From assembly GCA_001687465.1 (NCBI GenBank), contig LVLI01000109.1, positions 1 through 64,000 of the forward strand: a stretch of DNA of 64,000 bases, in the 5' to 3' direction. The notes beneath the pieces were generated by a model. The model did not search any database. It was given only the letters and a program-made list of their open reading frames with translations, and had not been told where the DNA came from. This DNA is from Halocafeteria seosinensis. Lineage: Eukaryota. Position 1 is the stretch's first letter. Every line of letters begins with the position of its first letter. Of the stretch, positions 11,705-24,785 are shown piece after piece. Both the position numbers and the translations under genes were made by a program.

Positions 11705-14229
11705 GGCTTTGAACGGAAAACCACTTTGAAACCACTTGATTTAGTCAAAATAGCGTTATGTACCCGAATCAGGAATCCTGCTGAAAGCTAACTTCAACTT
11801 TAGTCTGCAGCACGCTCCACGTATATAGCACGTTAACGCCAGAGACAAGCACATGGAACTCAGCGGTAAATTGACATAGAATACAGGACACGACAGAAGA
11901 ATTCAATGATAACTGAAGGCAATACCCTGAGTACAAGTTCCAGGTGGAAGTGACGCGCGCCCAGACCCTTACGTCACCTTGAAATCTCAAAGTTCCAAGC
12001 TTCCAGGAAACATCCACACTGTGGATAGAATCGACATCCGATATTCTAATGCATATATGCATTCAGATGCTGAAGCGAAGCTCATACAAAGGCACTAATG
12101 GTCTTGGAATCATCGGAAGCCACGCCCAACTTGAAGCAGAATAACATTTCTTCTGGCTTTTACTCTCTCTTCCTCTCAATATAGCGCAGTTCTCAGAATC
12201 GCATGGCAAAGTTAATTCAAAATACTTACATTTCGCCTTGGATAGGTCGATGAACGCTCCTCGTAGACACTGATAATTGTACCTGCAATCGGACAGCCTC
12301 AGGTACGTGTCGCAACCGTTTTTGTTGTTTTTCTCAAGGGGACGCTAAAGGGACCAGGAACACCCTCCCTCTTCTGACGTCAAAACCACCACGCAAGCCG
12401 TCGTCGCTATACAGCGCGACAGAAAACATAGACCACGGAATGGAAAAGCTTGATACTTTGGGAATACCTAAAAGACGCCTGAAAAAACTTGATCGAGTCT
12501 TAGAACATAGTTAACTAGTCTTTCCAAGCTTATGTATCTACCTCGTCAATGACCCGCACCACCGGACCATTGCACCGTGCCGAGGCGGCAGTAGTCGGGG
12601 TGTGTCAGTATCATGGCACGGCTGAGAGTTGGTGAGGCGCGGCGCGCGCCGCGTCCTTCATGTTCTCCGATTTGAATCGGGGCGCGCTGACATTGACCTG
12701 GAGTGGATGACAACATGTGAGATGAACCACAATGCAAGTGAACTCCATGAAGGAACGACGGAATGCAGATTACGCGTTCGTTCTCGCAGCTCCAACAGAA
12801 TGTAACCAGTGTTGGTGCCGTGAAGCGGACATACACTGTACATATACTGTACAAACAGAAGAATAGCCGAATTCTGAAATCCTAGACAAATGACAAATGA
12901 TGCGCAGGACCGTTGTATAAATCACCAATGAAGTTACGCCAGACCACTACTTAAAACAGGGCACACATTTTACAGAAACAAGTTGATTGAACCGTATTAC
13001 CGAAATACCTTGAGCACCAATGCGACCTCAGTTGTCTTCAGAGAAACCGAGTTGGCGACTCTGGGCCATTTGCCATTGCAAGAGCTTGGATTGTACCTCT
13101 CTTCACAAATGACTTCGCAGTTGTCTGATCTCCCAAGCAACCAACGGAATGGGTAAAGCACCATGTCTCTTTCCGCGCGAGACCATGGTCCTTGCAGGCT
13201 AAAGATACCGGTAGGTATATCCCCCAAAATAAACCTGGTAGTGCGAAAAGAAATTTCTCATTACTGTCTGTTCCAAAATGTAATTGGGACTGGGACAGAG
13301 AAGCTCCCACGCGCCCTAACACTCACGACCGCTCCCAAACTTCAGGACTTAAAGTTCAAAGAGGATACAGTAGTCAACCCTTACTGCCCAGTAGAACGTC
13401 TGACTGCTAGCTCTTTATCTGCGGAAATTTGGCCTGTATCGGTCTGGGAAGATCGAAGGTGCGTCAGGTTTCTCAATCCAGGTAATCTGGGCACTGGGCC
13501 GGTCAGTAATTCGCTGATGACTATACAACTATGTTGGCAGATAGAACGGGCACGACGTTTTGTTGAAAGCTCCAGTTGAGCTACACTACCCGGTACCATA
13601 TTGTGTACTCTTGTCCTGCAGAGGAAGAACTTACTTGGTTATCCCACACTCGATAATATCGCCCACAATTAATACAGCAGTCCCTACTACAAGTACAAGT
13701 TGCGCTCGTCACGTATGTCATACACGTAAGTTCTGCATAAACTTCGATAAGGCCAATTCCTAAAAACCTCCTCGACTCCCGCTCCAAGTTTACAACGTGC
13801 ACGTGGGCGAAATCGTGCGAAGAAGGCCCGAGTGTAATGGCTGCTTGTGTCGTGGATCTCGGTATCTCCAATATAAAGTGAGTCAATCGGGCAAAACTTC
13901 GTTTACGCCAAACCTCTTTCCGAGCCTCGACCTGTTGTCGAAGTGGAGATAGACAACTCATCCGGCGAAACTGGAGCGCTTCCGGTGGACGCAGTTCGGA
14001 TTCACTTGTATCATAGGCGTGTACGGACAAAACATCGTAGTCAGAAATGGTGAGGCTTTATAATACTCATATCGGCTAATTGTGTCCGAAGGTTGCCAAC
14101 TATGTGGGGAGTAGTGGCTTGACGCGTACCGCACTCCTTGTGTATCCGTATTTATTTATTTAGCAACGATTTAATACAACAAATATTCAATCGTAACTTC
14201 TGCGAGTTTACAAACACGATATTATTGCC

Positions 14230-15333
14230 TTATCGATTGGCCTTTTCGATCATCGTTTTGAGGATCAATGCCTCTTGGGAAGTAGGATTCATCGACAAAC
14301 TTTGGTTAATAAGTTCCAGAGCCTTGTCGTATTTCTTTCCACGAAACATCACAATTGCTTTATACTGATATAGCTCCGGATCCGAAGGACAGAGCTTTAT
14401 CGCCTTGTTGTAATACTTGTACGCTTCTCGAAGTCGACCAAGCCATAGCAATGCAGTTGCCTTGTAAGAATACACCCGATCTTCCAGTTCAATAGGATGC
14501 CCTAGTTCAATGCATTGGTCAAACACTTCGATACAATCTTCATATCTTCCCAAGTTGTACAACATCATTCCTTTGGACGTCAGAGAGCTTCGATGTCGTG
14601 GATTGGCTTTCACCGCCAAATCATAATACTTGAGGGCATCAGCCCACTTGTCTGCGTACATTCGCATATCACCCTTCTTATCCAGAGCCTTCCAGTACTT
14701 TGGGTCCACTTCCAGAGCTTTATCAAACCATGCATCGCCTTCATCTCGGCGTCCTGTCAGAGCCGTCATGGAACCAATTTCGTAAAGGGCATGTGTGAAT
14801 TTGGGGTCAATTTCCACCGCTTTCTTAAAACACGGCAACGCTTCGGCAATGGGCGATCCTTGGGGGAAATCACAGACAATGGGCGTTTCGTTGCCCTCCT
14901 CGCGGTTCTGTGTGTGGATGTACATCATATTCATCATATCACTTCTCTTGCCTTCATGCTCGTCGTAGGATTGCCAGTCACAGAGCGCCATTCCTTTTCG
15001 ATACATGGCACAGGCGTTGGTAGGATCAGCATCGTACGCTGCTTGGAACTTGGGCACGGCATCCTCGGGGCGCTTGAGCATGCAGAGCATATCTCCAGCC
15101 CAATAATGCGCATCTGTGCAGGAGGGGTCAGCTCGCGCAGCTTCCTCAAAGTACTCGAGCGCCTTCGAAAAGTGCCCTCGTCTGTACGCGATCATCCCCT
15201 TGTCGACCCCCTCTTCGGCCTCCTCCACCTCAGAGATGGGCTCCTTCAGCTGGTAGTCCAATGGAGGCGCCTCGGGATCGTAATAGAAATAGGACGAGGG
15301 AGGACGATCAGCGGCAGCGGTGGCGCTCGACAT
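14230..15333 (-). CDS. Tetratricopeptide-repeat protein
   Basis: Intronless 367-aa ORF with many 34-aa TPR units (e.g. 'ALKYYDLAVKANP', 'AYKYYNKAIKLCP'). Confidence 0.9.
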   Translation of the reverse strand: MSSATAAADRPPSSYFYYDPEAPPLDYQLKEPISEVEEAEEGVDKGMIAYRRGHFSKALEYFEEAARADPSCTDAHYWAGDMLCMLKRPEDAVPKFQAAYDADPTNACAMYRKGMALCDWQSYDEHEGKRSDMMNMMYIHTQNREEGNETPIVCDFPQGSPIAEALPCFKKAVEIDPKFTHALYEIGSMTALTGRRDEGDAWFDKALEVDPKYWKALDKKGDMRMYADKWADALKYYDLAVKANPRHRSSLTSKGMMLYNLGRYEDCIEVFDQCIELGHPIELEDRVYSYKATALLWLGRLREAYKYYNKAIKLCPSDPELYQYKAIVMFRGKKYDKALELINQSLSMNPTSQEALILKTMIEKANR

Positions 15334-15784
15334 CCTACAAGGTTTGAAATAAAATTATATAAAAAATAGTCAATTTTGTCTCCCCTCCCTCACAAAGACG
15401 CAGACAAGCCCGGTGGTAGAAATAGTAGTGTACTGTGTGTATGGTTTTGAAACAAGACGTACGTACCTTTCTTTGAAATCTTTGTTTCGTCGCACGGCGG
15501 GTTCCGGGATCCCGGAGTCTCAGAGGAATCGAGTACAGTAGGTATGTGATGTACTGTACATCTCGTGCTCCATACTACAATAGAATGAGATGAATTCCCT
15601 CCCTCAGAGGTTGATTTGGGCAAAGTGATGTGAGAAACTTACTCTGATTGACTTGGTTCTGTAGCTTGATATGGTGTTGAAGACGCTGGTGAGAACTCTG
15701 CAATTCCTCTCTATAGATAAGTACAACAGTTGTACCAGTGTAAACATACTGAGGTGCCAAGGTAGACGAAATGTTCTCGTTCTT

Positions 15785-15785
<1 letters not shown>

Positions 15786-15816
<31 letters not shown>
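15786..15816. repeat. (GA)n microsatellite
   Basis: About 15 uninterrupted GA units. Confidence 0.95.
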
Positions 15817-15819
<3 letters not shown>

Positions 15820-15971
15820 CTCCTGCATTGCCTTGCCTTGCGCCAAAGTGTAGTGAAGGTACATGAAGCAGTATTGTCCCGAAAAATTCCACCCACGTCA
15901 TTTGGTAGGTAGCTAGCTAGGTAGGTATATTCCCTACGTACGTATATATTCATTTTCCGGATGTACGTGCC

Positions 15972-17070
15972 ATGCCGATTGGAAGTCGTCTTCTCCTGGT
16001 AACACCACTACAAAGATTTAGTTCCTCCTCCTCCTCGTCCTTGCTGGGAAGTTTGCGGTCCCTTGCACTACAGTTCAGGACCATGTCCTCCTCTTCCGGA
16101 CCGAGCAGTGGGAGTCCCCTCGTCGAGCCGAGCGAACTGCATGCGCATGTGAATGAGGACAAGGAGTGTGTGATCCTGGATGCGAGCTGGTACATGGATC
16201 CTTCCAGGAATGCGTTCCAGGAGTATAAGGAGGTACGTCTCTTCCTACAGTATGCGCGATACCATGGCCCATGGAGGTAGAATTCTGTTGTCTGTGTATG
16301 TTTGTTTGCAGAGACGGATCCCGCATGCGCAGTTCTTGGATATTGACCATGTCGCTCAGAAAAACACAGATCTGCCACATATGCTTCCCACAGATGATCT
16401 TGACTTCTTTGCTGACTGCATGGCTAATCTCGGGGTGTCCAAGTCCAAGAAAGTCTTCATTTATGACGGTCATGGAATGTTCTCGGCACCGCGAGCTTGG
16501 TGGATGCTCCATGTATTTGGGCACCCGCAAGTGTTTGTACTCAATGGAGGGTTGCCGAATTACACAGCAGCAGGTTACGAGCTGGAATATGGAGAGCCGC
16601 AAGCACCCCATAAAGTCGAAAAAGAAGAATGGAAACTCGATGAAGAGAGGGTGGCGCGATTTGATCAAATTCGGAAAGTTGTGGATAAGAACAAGGTGAA
16701 ACCGGAAGCCGATACAGTTATCCTTGATGCACGAAGTGAAGGACGATTCCAAGGAACAGCTCCGGAACCACGACCTGGGATTCCCAGTGGACATATGCCA
16801 GGCGCTATCAATATACCGTTTACAAGCCTCTTAGATGAGAAAAACAGAATGGTTGATCCCGAAACTTTACAAAAGCGGTTCCGGGAGAGAGGCGCAGATC
16901 TACAAAACGCGGGCAAGATGATTACCAGCTGCGGAACCGGGGTTACTGCCTCGGTACTCTACCTTGGGCTTGTCGCTTGTGGAATCGACCCTTGTAAGCT
17001 CTCAGTATATGACGGGAGCTGGACCGAATATGCCAGTCATAGTAATGTGGATATTGACGGACCAGAGTAG
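15972..17070 (+). CDS. MPST: 3-mercaptopyruvate/thiosulfate sulfurtransferase (tandem rhodanese), one intron 16233-16311
   Basis: 'ILDASWYM', 'RAWWMLHVFGH..VLNGGL', 'LDARSEGRFQG..PEPR..SGHMPGA', active site 'TSCGTGVTA', 'YDGSWTEY'; N-terminal transit-like peptide; gtacgt...ttgcag intron joins the two ORFs. Confidence 0.9.
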
Positions 17071-17365
17071 CTGCAGTAGCAAATCGGTTATACCGTGCAG
17101 TCCAAATAAAATAAAATCTCATACACAATGCGGAAAATAAGATAATTGTATTTTCAGCCTACGGATCGATTATTGGTAAGTGTGTGTGATATGACACTAT
17201 TTGAAGTGGGTAGAGTTGGTATAGAGTGGCTGAAGCAGCGCTTGCTTAGACACCGGGAATGGCTCATGTCATGAGTGATATATTAGAGCGGCAACAGCTT
17301 ATTTTGTTGTAGCTCCATAGTGCGGTTTTATCTTCGCATAAACAGCACCATTTTTGAAAGCATGC

Positions 17366-18467
17366 TTATTCACGTTCTCCCAAGGATGGCACATCTGGTC
17401 CATTGGAAAACTGGCGAATTCCTTCCAGCCAGCTAATATATTCCACCTCTTCTTTCGTATCGCTGATGTCTCTCACTGCTTCAGCAAATGCCTCATCAAA
17501 CCCTCTGTCCAAAAGATAATCGTGAAACGATCTTTGTAGAGAAACGTCAAGCTCACTGAACTCGGGTCCTTCGTATCTCCTCGTCTGCATCACTTCAGAA
17601 GTGCTCATGTCTTTAGGGATGAGCTGTACTCCGACCAATTCCATCTCCGGCTCAGTTTCCATTGATATTCCGGCGGTACAGAATACCTTGTGAGGTTGTC
17701 CCGTCTTTTCGATAGTAATGGCCAATGAAAGCACATCGATTGTATCGGCGCCCTCATCCTCTCCTCCTTCTTCATCCAAATTACTGTGCTCGGTTGCGCC
17801 GCTGCGGTCAGTCACAACAGTCCGTTCATTCTCCTACACATTGCACCACACACTCCCTTGCAGTACGTACCGATCAACCGACTCTGGGTTGCATGCATTT
17901 ACTTCCACTTGAATATGCTCATCATTAAGGGTCTTTTGTAGTCTGAAATAAGCTTGCTCACGGCACACATCGGTCTCCCAGTCGGGGAATAAGCGATCCA
18001 TTTCAGCTTGCAGACCATCATAATCGGGCACCTTGTTGTCCGACTGCAATCACGCATCATAATACGATTTTGGTAATACCGTTGTGTGCATTCAGGCACT
18101 AGAATGAGCCACATACTCGTTCATAAGCGATTTCCCGGGCTGCCACCGTGCCCAAATCCTGAGCTTCATCATCCTCTCCCTCTTGCGCACGAGCTTTCTG
18201 GGCCACACCACTTGACATATGGATACTACGGTATCCAATGCTACTACTGAGCTGCTTTGACGACACAATATTCATTGAATGGGTCCGATTGAAGGTGCTA
18301 AATGAGGGGTGACTCCGGGGTTGGATAGCCTCCGTGGACATGGTTTTTTCATTCGTACTCCCCACACTGCCCGCTGAAGTAGAGACCATAGGCCTCATGG
18401 ATGAAAATACATTCCTGGAAAGCATTCCACCACGAGGAAAGAGCATCTGGCGGCTCGTAATCATCAT
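17366..18467 (-). CDS. MAM33/p32 (C1QBP)-family mitochondrial acidic matrix protein, three exons
   Basis: C-terminal 'YEGPEFSELDVSLQRSFHDYLLDRGFDEAFA..EEVEYISWLEGIRQF' is typical of MAM33; mitochondrial-type presequence in the 18467 exon. Confidence 0.8.
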
Positions 18468-20115
18468 TTTTTTATCTACCTCGTGTAGTTTTCAGCTTCC
18501 GACAGCGCACTTTTCCTGCAATTCCACGTTTTCTACGCCTCTTTACCCAATGAAACTCCGTGCGAAACACGATAAACAACGCAATTCAGTCCTTGGGAAT
18601 GTATTTTATCCGTGCATACACCTTCTACTAGCCACAGATTGTCTCCGGGACCCCAACTTCAACTTCGTCGTCGGTTTGTCAACCGGGTTTGACGAAGCAG
18701 AACTTCTTGCCACTTGGTGGTGGTACCACGATTCCATGGCATACGAAGCCTGAAGTTCCTCCTCGTGGGTACTTGCCGAGCAGGTTGGTTGGCACCGGTT
18801 AGGGTTAGGAGATATTCTGAAATCACTGTAGTTTTCTATGCGCATGTACTGTCGCCGGTGTTACAAGTTGTTAACTTAAGTTACAACCGGTACAGTAGTT
18901 TACTGTATCACGGACACCCGTTTGGATCTCATTTCTCGTTAAGATAGCAAATTTTTGCTGCAGTGTTGAGTGATGTGCGTACGTAAGCTCTACTGAAACA
19001 ACACTTTCCATCTTACATCTTAGTGCGTTGTCCCTTACAGTATCAAGAATCCTCCGGGTCTGAATCTCGTACATCCTTACAATGAAGCGGTCTTCGGAAA
19101 CCAGGCGTTTTTCCATGGACCGTAGCACTGCTTTATCTATTCCAGGATTAAGTTTCCCCCGGATGCTGCTACTCAGTTGGTTCACAAAGTCATTGTGCGT
19201 GAGATATTCGATTCCAGTCCTGCGCTGAACCGCTGTAACAAAGACCACGAGTGCGGCGGAATTCAGTTCTGAAATTGCCAAATCGCATCGGTGAGGGTGT
19301 CTTGTCGACCAACTCGAGCGGATGTGTGTGTAGATGCAGTCAAGCAAATCTGCTGTTTAACGCAGCAGCGTAGAAAGGAAAGATATTAGAGAACTCTTAA
19401 CTTAATTGAACATTGAATGTTGATGGTTGCATAGCCAATTAGATAGAAAGAAATATCGCTTTTCCGACGTAGGGCAATGAAACAAACATTTCAAACAAGT
19501 TCTTTGGTGTATAACGCTTTTGCTTGCTACAAGTACGTGAAGTAATCGGTGGCAATGGACGTTGTCTCACTGTGTACTGACTACTGGTACTATAATGAGT
19601 ATTTCCTGATATCGAAATTGGTTATCTGTCAACAAGACTAACATTCAATCCTGCATCATTCCTTAAGTAGTTTCGCACCGCATCTTATGTGTCGTTGCAT
19701 GATGGACGTGTACCTCTAACTATGTCGCTTCTGGAAGTACCAAAAGTTGGACAAAACGGGCTCTGGGTTACCTCCCCGGGAACTCAGTTTGGACTGGTCA
19801 AACATTTTGAATGCTGCAGGAAGAACTTGGAACCAGTTTGCAATAGTTAATGTTGTCAGCCGGATTAGATATTATTGTAGTGGGTGAAATGCACGTCTTC
19901 CTTTCTCATCTTGAGCCTTAAGCGTTTTCAGTGAAGTTCTACCAACCAAACGACAAATGATTTATACGTAGGTACTTAGTACGGCGACTGAATAAACACG
20001 ACATTCCGGCCCATTTTCAGCAATAGGGTGGTAAGGGTTCATGAACCTAGTTAATCAGTCGCTGTAGGCCCACATTCTCAATATGCTGCCAAGTGCTATC
20101 GTACCGCAGTTGCAG

Positions 20116-21911
20116 TCATGTGCTGTTATCGACACCGGCGACCTCCGATTTTTCCCGAAGCTTTCTCTGACGCTTCTCTAAAATGTACTGCGACGCCGCC
20201 TTAGCATTTTCAATATCACCAAGGTCAACCTTTGCCATCTTTTTGTCACCTTTCATTAAATTCACTTGGCACGAGGAACGCGGAATATCTTTATACCGAA
20301 ACAGTGGCAACGGGCGAAACCCGAGACAGGCAGCGAGGGTGAAAGCGCATGTGTAGCCAACGATCAACCCAAGGCATGAGTTACAGCCATACGATCCTCC
20401 GTTGGACCTATCCCAAGAGACATCTTCAAGATTATCACCAGACGCTTCTTTGCCGCTGCCAGGTCTGCGGTAGACGAGTGTACATGTCCTACGTTATCTT
20501 AAGCGACAATTGAGTCAATGAATTGACACGGCTTACCCGAAACTGAACTGCGCTTTGATTGCCTTGTAGTTGCATGCAATGCAAATGACACTACTAGTAA
20601 CACCAAAGAAAAAGATAAACCCAGTAAGGCATATTCCACCACCTTTGCTTCGTTCCTTCTCGTAAAGTTCCATACTTATGTCTTCTTTGTCCGGTGCTGG
20701 ACACAAACACCGTTGGGCAGAGTACATATAGGCATGTGTGCATAGCTATGCAATAGAAACGGATTTTATACTTACGTAGTGCATATGTTCCATCTGGGGC
20801 AACTGCGCACCCATATGGCGCGGTTTGAACGAAATCTGTCATCCCAGAATGTCTCTGGTAGCTAGTCGTGGACGGATACGGCACCTGGTCTTTGAGGAGA
20901 CTGAGACCTCGCACAAGGCCGGCTTCCCGACACATTCCCAGCATAAGCAACATCACTGCAAAAAAATGCCACCATAGCAACAATGCATTGATAAGAAATT
21001 CCTGTTACCGCTTACAGGCTCCAACAGTCGAAACGACCAAAAAGAAAGTTGCCGACACAGGTGCTTTACCCACCTCGCACACTAACGACAGGAGCGTCAC
21101 CGCCAACGTTGCGAGATATAGAGGCTGGGAGCGGCACATGCGACCAATGTAGGAGTTGATCAGCACAACAAGAAACCCTTGCAGTGAATACGACGCAGGT
21201 GCCTTATACTCTAAGGAGCAATCTGTCACGTCCGTTATATGCATGACTCTTGCTGAAGAGCGACCTTCGGGCTTTAATGTTTTTGTAGTAATGGTTTCAT
21301 CGGTCACCTCTAGCTCATGGACGGCAGGCACCCACCACAGGATACTACCTGGAGCAGTGTGTCGCCACACATTTCTCACTTCCGACCAGAGCTCTTCCGA
21401 GATTTTCGATTCCTCCATGACTGTAGGTTCATAACGGTGACCGGGTCGACGTGCATCATAAGTCGGCCACGTCCGTTGGTGGTCGGGTGTCACCATATCC
21501 TGCAGTAAGGAATAGAGATACTATACGATCACGTCTGTAGTTGCAGTATGTGCTAAAAGATCTCACCAGAAAGTGGGAAAAATCCTGATGTCGTCGAAGG
21601 GAGCTCTCGCATTTTACCCATGTGGCATCGCGGGTCTCTTGATAGTGCGGTGCTTGCCCAAAAGGCCAGGGGGCACCAGGTTCGATTCCACCACTTGCTC
21701 CTCCCAAATCACTATATGTGCCGTATCCACCTGGTGGGGTTTGCTGGTTTTGCAAATGCGAGCGAGGCCCTCCATGAGACTCCGCGAGGCCTTGCTGGGA
21801 ATTGCCTTGGCCTTGACGTCCACGTCCTGGTGGAGCCGCACTTGGCTGCTGTCCTTCTTGCAAAAGCGGTTGTCGGTAAGCTGCATGACCTCCATGGATT
21901 TCTTGGCTCAT
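20116..21911 (-). CDS. Multi-exon putative membrane protein of unknown function
   Basis: Chain of same-strand ORF segments with hydrophobic stretches separated by GT-AG-like gaps; Gly/Gln/Pro-rich N-terminus. Confidence 0.45.
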
Positions 21912-22145
21912 TGTTCTATCTTTTGAATTCGGAGAAAACCTTGTAAAATTTTAGAGTGGTACCTGATACTCTAAGTACCGAGTGCTTGGGCAGTAAGTTC
22001 AAGTCGGAGATGGCAGGTGGGCTCGAGACAGAATATCTTTCTCATCCAAAACCTGAAATCAATTTAATTGTGCCGTAAAGAAAAATAGGAGCATGTACAC
22101 GCGCGATACATACACTATGAAACTTCATTCAGGAGCTATCAACTC

Positions 22146-22191
22146 ACTCTGGATGTGTGTGAATTATCACTGTTTCACACACATCCAGAGT
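22146..22191. repeat. Perfect 18-bp inverted repeat with 10-nt loop
   Basis: actctggatgtgtgtgaa-ttatcactgt-ttcacacacatccagagt. Confidence 0.9.
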
Positions 22192-22559
22192 ATTCAGAAT
22201 TTCAGAGTGTACCGGTAGAGTTACGGTGTAACCACCCCACCCCAAGAAAGGTAGAAACAAGGAAAGAAGGCTTACTTGCTGGGAATTGAAGGTCTGGTCA
22301 CCAACCTTGATTGCGGTATATACAGTATGGCCTGACCGAGCGATGCCACCTGTGTTCTAGCATACTGTATTGTTCGCATTTGCATGGAAATCTGACGACG
22401 CGAGAGAGTATCTTGTGTGTATTACTATTGCTCCTACCAGAAGACGTGTATGCTACAGGCTATGGTACGCCGTGTGAGGGGAGAATCCTACGCGGAACCG
22501 GTCCAACATCTTCACGTTGTGGTCAACGTGACTGTCAGTTTGGCCGTCATCAGTTTGCG

Positions 22560-23130
22560 GTAGTTCCTTTGCTGGGAATGAATCATCATGTTTCCCGCAT
22601 TTCCCAGCTAAGTGTCTCTTTCGCATGGACTGTCCGGCCCTCACTTGGAAAAGCAAGGGGTGCAGTGGTCGTACTCATATTTCTCTGCAGGCCAATGAAG
22701 CATTCGATGGGGTGGAAGAAGGACATATCATCGATTTAAAGGACATGAACGAAGTTACTGATAATGGAGATAACAGTGAATCTTTGGATGGAGCTCCCCT
22801 TATACGGAATGTACAAGGCAAGAATGGGGAAGCTGCAGGGCGGTGGTGGTTTTGGTACATATACGAGACTCTTATATACGCAAGGCGATATTGAAACGGA
22901 ATATCCAGGAGGGATTACTCGGGAGGACACCGTGCTAGATAATGGCACTGTATACGTCAAAAGTACGTCCAGTATGCTTCCGGTGTTGTCCATGAACCAA
23001 ATGATGACGGAATTATTGGACATACTGTATGTCACGTACTGAGTCACTACTGACGCCAGCGGTGCCATCAACGTGCAATATTCGGTGTATGATGCCTCCA
23101 GTGGGTTTAGCATTGTTGGAGTCGACAAAC
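22560..23130 (+). pseudogene. Decayed paralog of the GLUG-repeat surface protein at 40521-42332
   Basis: Fragments in different frames ('MDCPALTWKSKGCSGRTHISLQANEAFDG..GHIIDL', 'APLIRNV', 'YTQGDIETEYPGGIT', 'GAINVQYSVY', 'SIVGVD') match the intact copy in order, with frameshifts and internal deletions. Confidence 0.7.
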
Positions 23131-24785
23131 CCTAAGAGATTATCTAAACATAATATGGGATCTGCCAGTTTTAGTCACTCTTGGTCGATCTGCCCAACTT
23201 GCAATTGTAGGATCTGGTGTTGCGCATTCAAGTATTCCAAGACCGGCCGGACGATGCCGATGTTGACTACATATATGTATGTCAATCACAACGGTAAGAA
23301 GGAAAGCACACGCTCTTCACGTGCGTCTCGAAGCGCCATGTTGTCGTAAACCAGCCATACCGGAACATTCTTTCCTAACACGAAGAGTTGGAAGTATGTC
23401 TTGCTTGGCGAATTCCTGCTTGATAGAACCGAACCGTGATTCCAAAACAGCCATTCCTTGCCCGTTAGCTATTTTGTTAACACAAAATACGAAGTAACAT
23501 TCACCAAATGTTTATCTTATATTCATGATATTGACGAAGAACTCACTGTTCTCCTTCATTTTCGACGACGCATCGGGAAGGCTGCATAGCACGTGCTCGT
23601 TCACATGCCCCCTCTCAATACTATGGATCTTTCTGTCACGTTCTAATGCTGCAGTATGCCTCACCTATGAGTATCAAAACGAAAAAGAATAATTTAGTTT
23701 TGAATATACTTACGTGGAAAATACTCATCGATTTCGCCGTCGTCATCGTGCAGTCGGAGTTCCTAGCACTCCGAGCTACCCGGAAGATATTCAATCCCAG
23801 GGACTTTGGAGGGACGAATTACTTCCGTTATGGTCTCCTCTACAGTGCTTTCGGAAGGCAGATATATTCGTAGCCCTAATCGGTTAGCATCGATTGCACG
23901 TCGCTGGGTAATCAGAAGAGATGTTTCGCTCTGGTTTCCACTGACTGAAAGGCTTGTCAACGTACACATACCTACGTATCTGTATGCGTCCGCTTTACTT
24001 AGGAGGATTTGAATTTATTAACCCGAATGACCGACCCGTCACCGAGAAGCACCGAAACATTCGGTCTTTGCCCACGTCTGCCACATGGACGGCTTCCAGT
24101 GTTTAGTAAAGGTTGAATTACCACATGTGCCACATGATACAGTGGTATACACCTGTAGATATTACTAACTTACTAAAGGTGACACAATGTTGATTTACGT
24201 TGGGATATACTGTAGCTATTTGGGAGAATCACCAATGTGTTACTTACGCTGAGCACCCATGTGACCAGGTTGTCCGTTGCTAGATTTTCGATTCCAGGGA
24301 TTACAAGTAGTCTGAGCGCGACCGCGTCGCGGCCCAGAGCCGGAGGTGACGCGGGCGCGCCCCTCGTCCGTCTCGATGACGGCGCCCTTCCTTCCCTTAC
24401 TTGAAAGCTCTATACGTCGGATCAATGCAAAGAGTAGGATGCAGCTTCCAGCCGGGGGTCTGTGACCCACCACTAGATATGTGCGTGTGTGTCCGTCTGT
24501 TGATTCCCAGTCGCACAAGTGCGGATGCGACCCCGCTCTTGCGACTGATTCAGTGTGTTTCAAAGCCTCTCGTTGGCTCATTCGCCCCACCCGAAATAAT
24601 TATTGTTGATTAGAACACGATTATGCTGTCCACGACAATATTTCGTCATTCGTTGTTTCATCAGTGTAAATGAACTCTGTTGTTGAAAGCTTCTATCATT
24701 TTTTTTGCATTTTTTTTTTCGGTTTTCTGACTTCTTTCCCCTCGAAACGTAGCATAAATACGATAATCAAAGGGACAGAAACATA

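Noticed and set aside
14515..15369. 284-aa plus-strand ORF
   Set aside because: Antisense shadow of the TPR gene.
18780..19347. piggyBac-like transposase remnant
   Set aside because: Only a vague 'THNDFVNQL' and a Cys-rich end; no catalytic motifs or terminal repeats identified.
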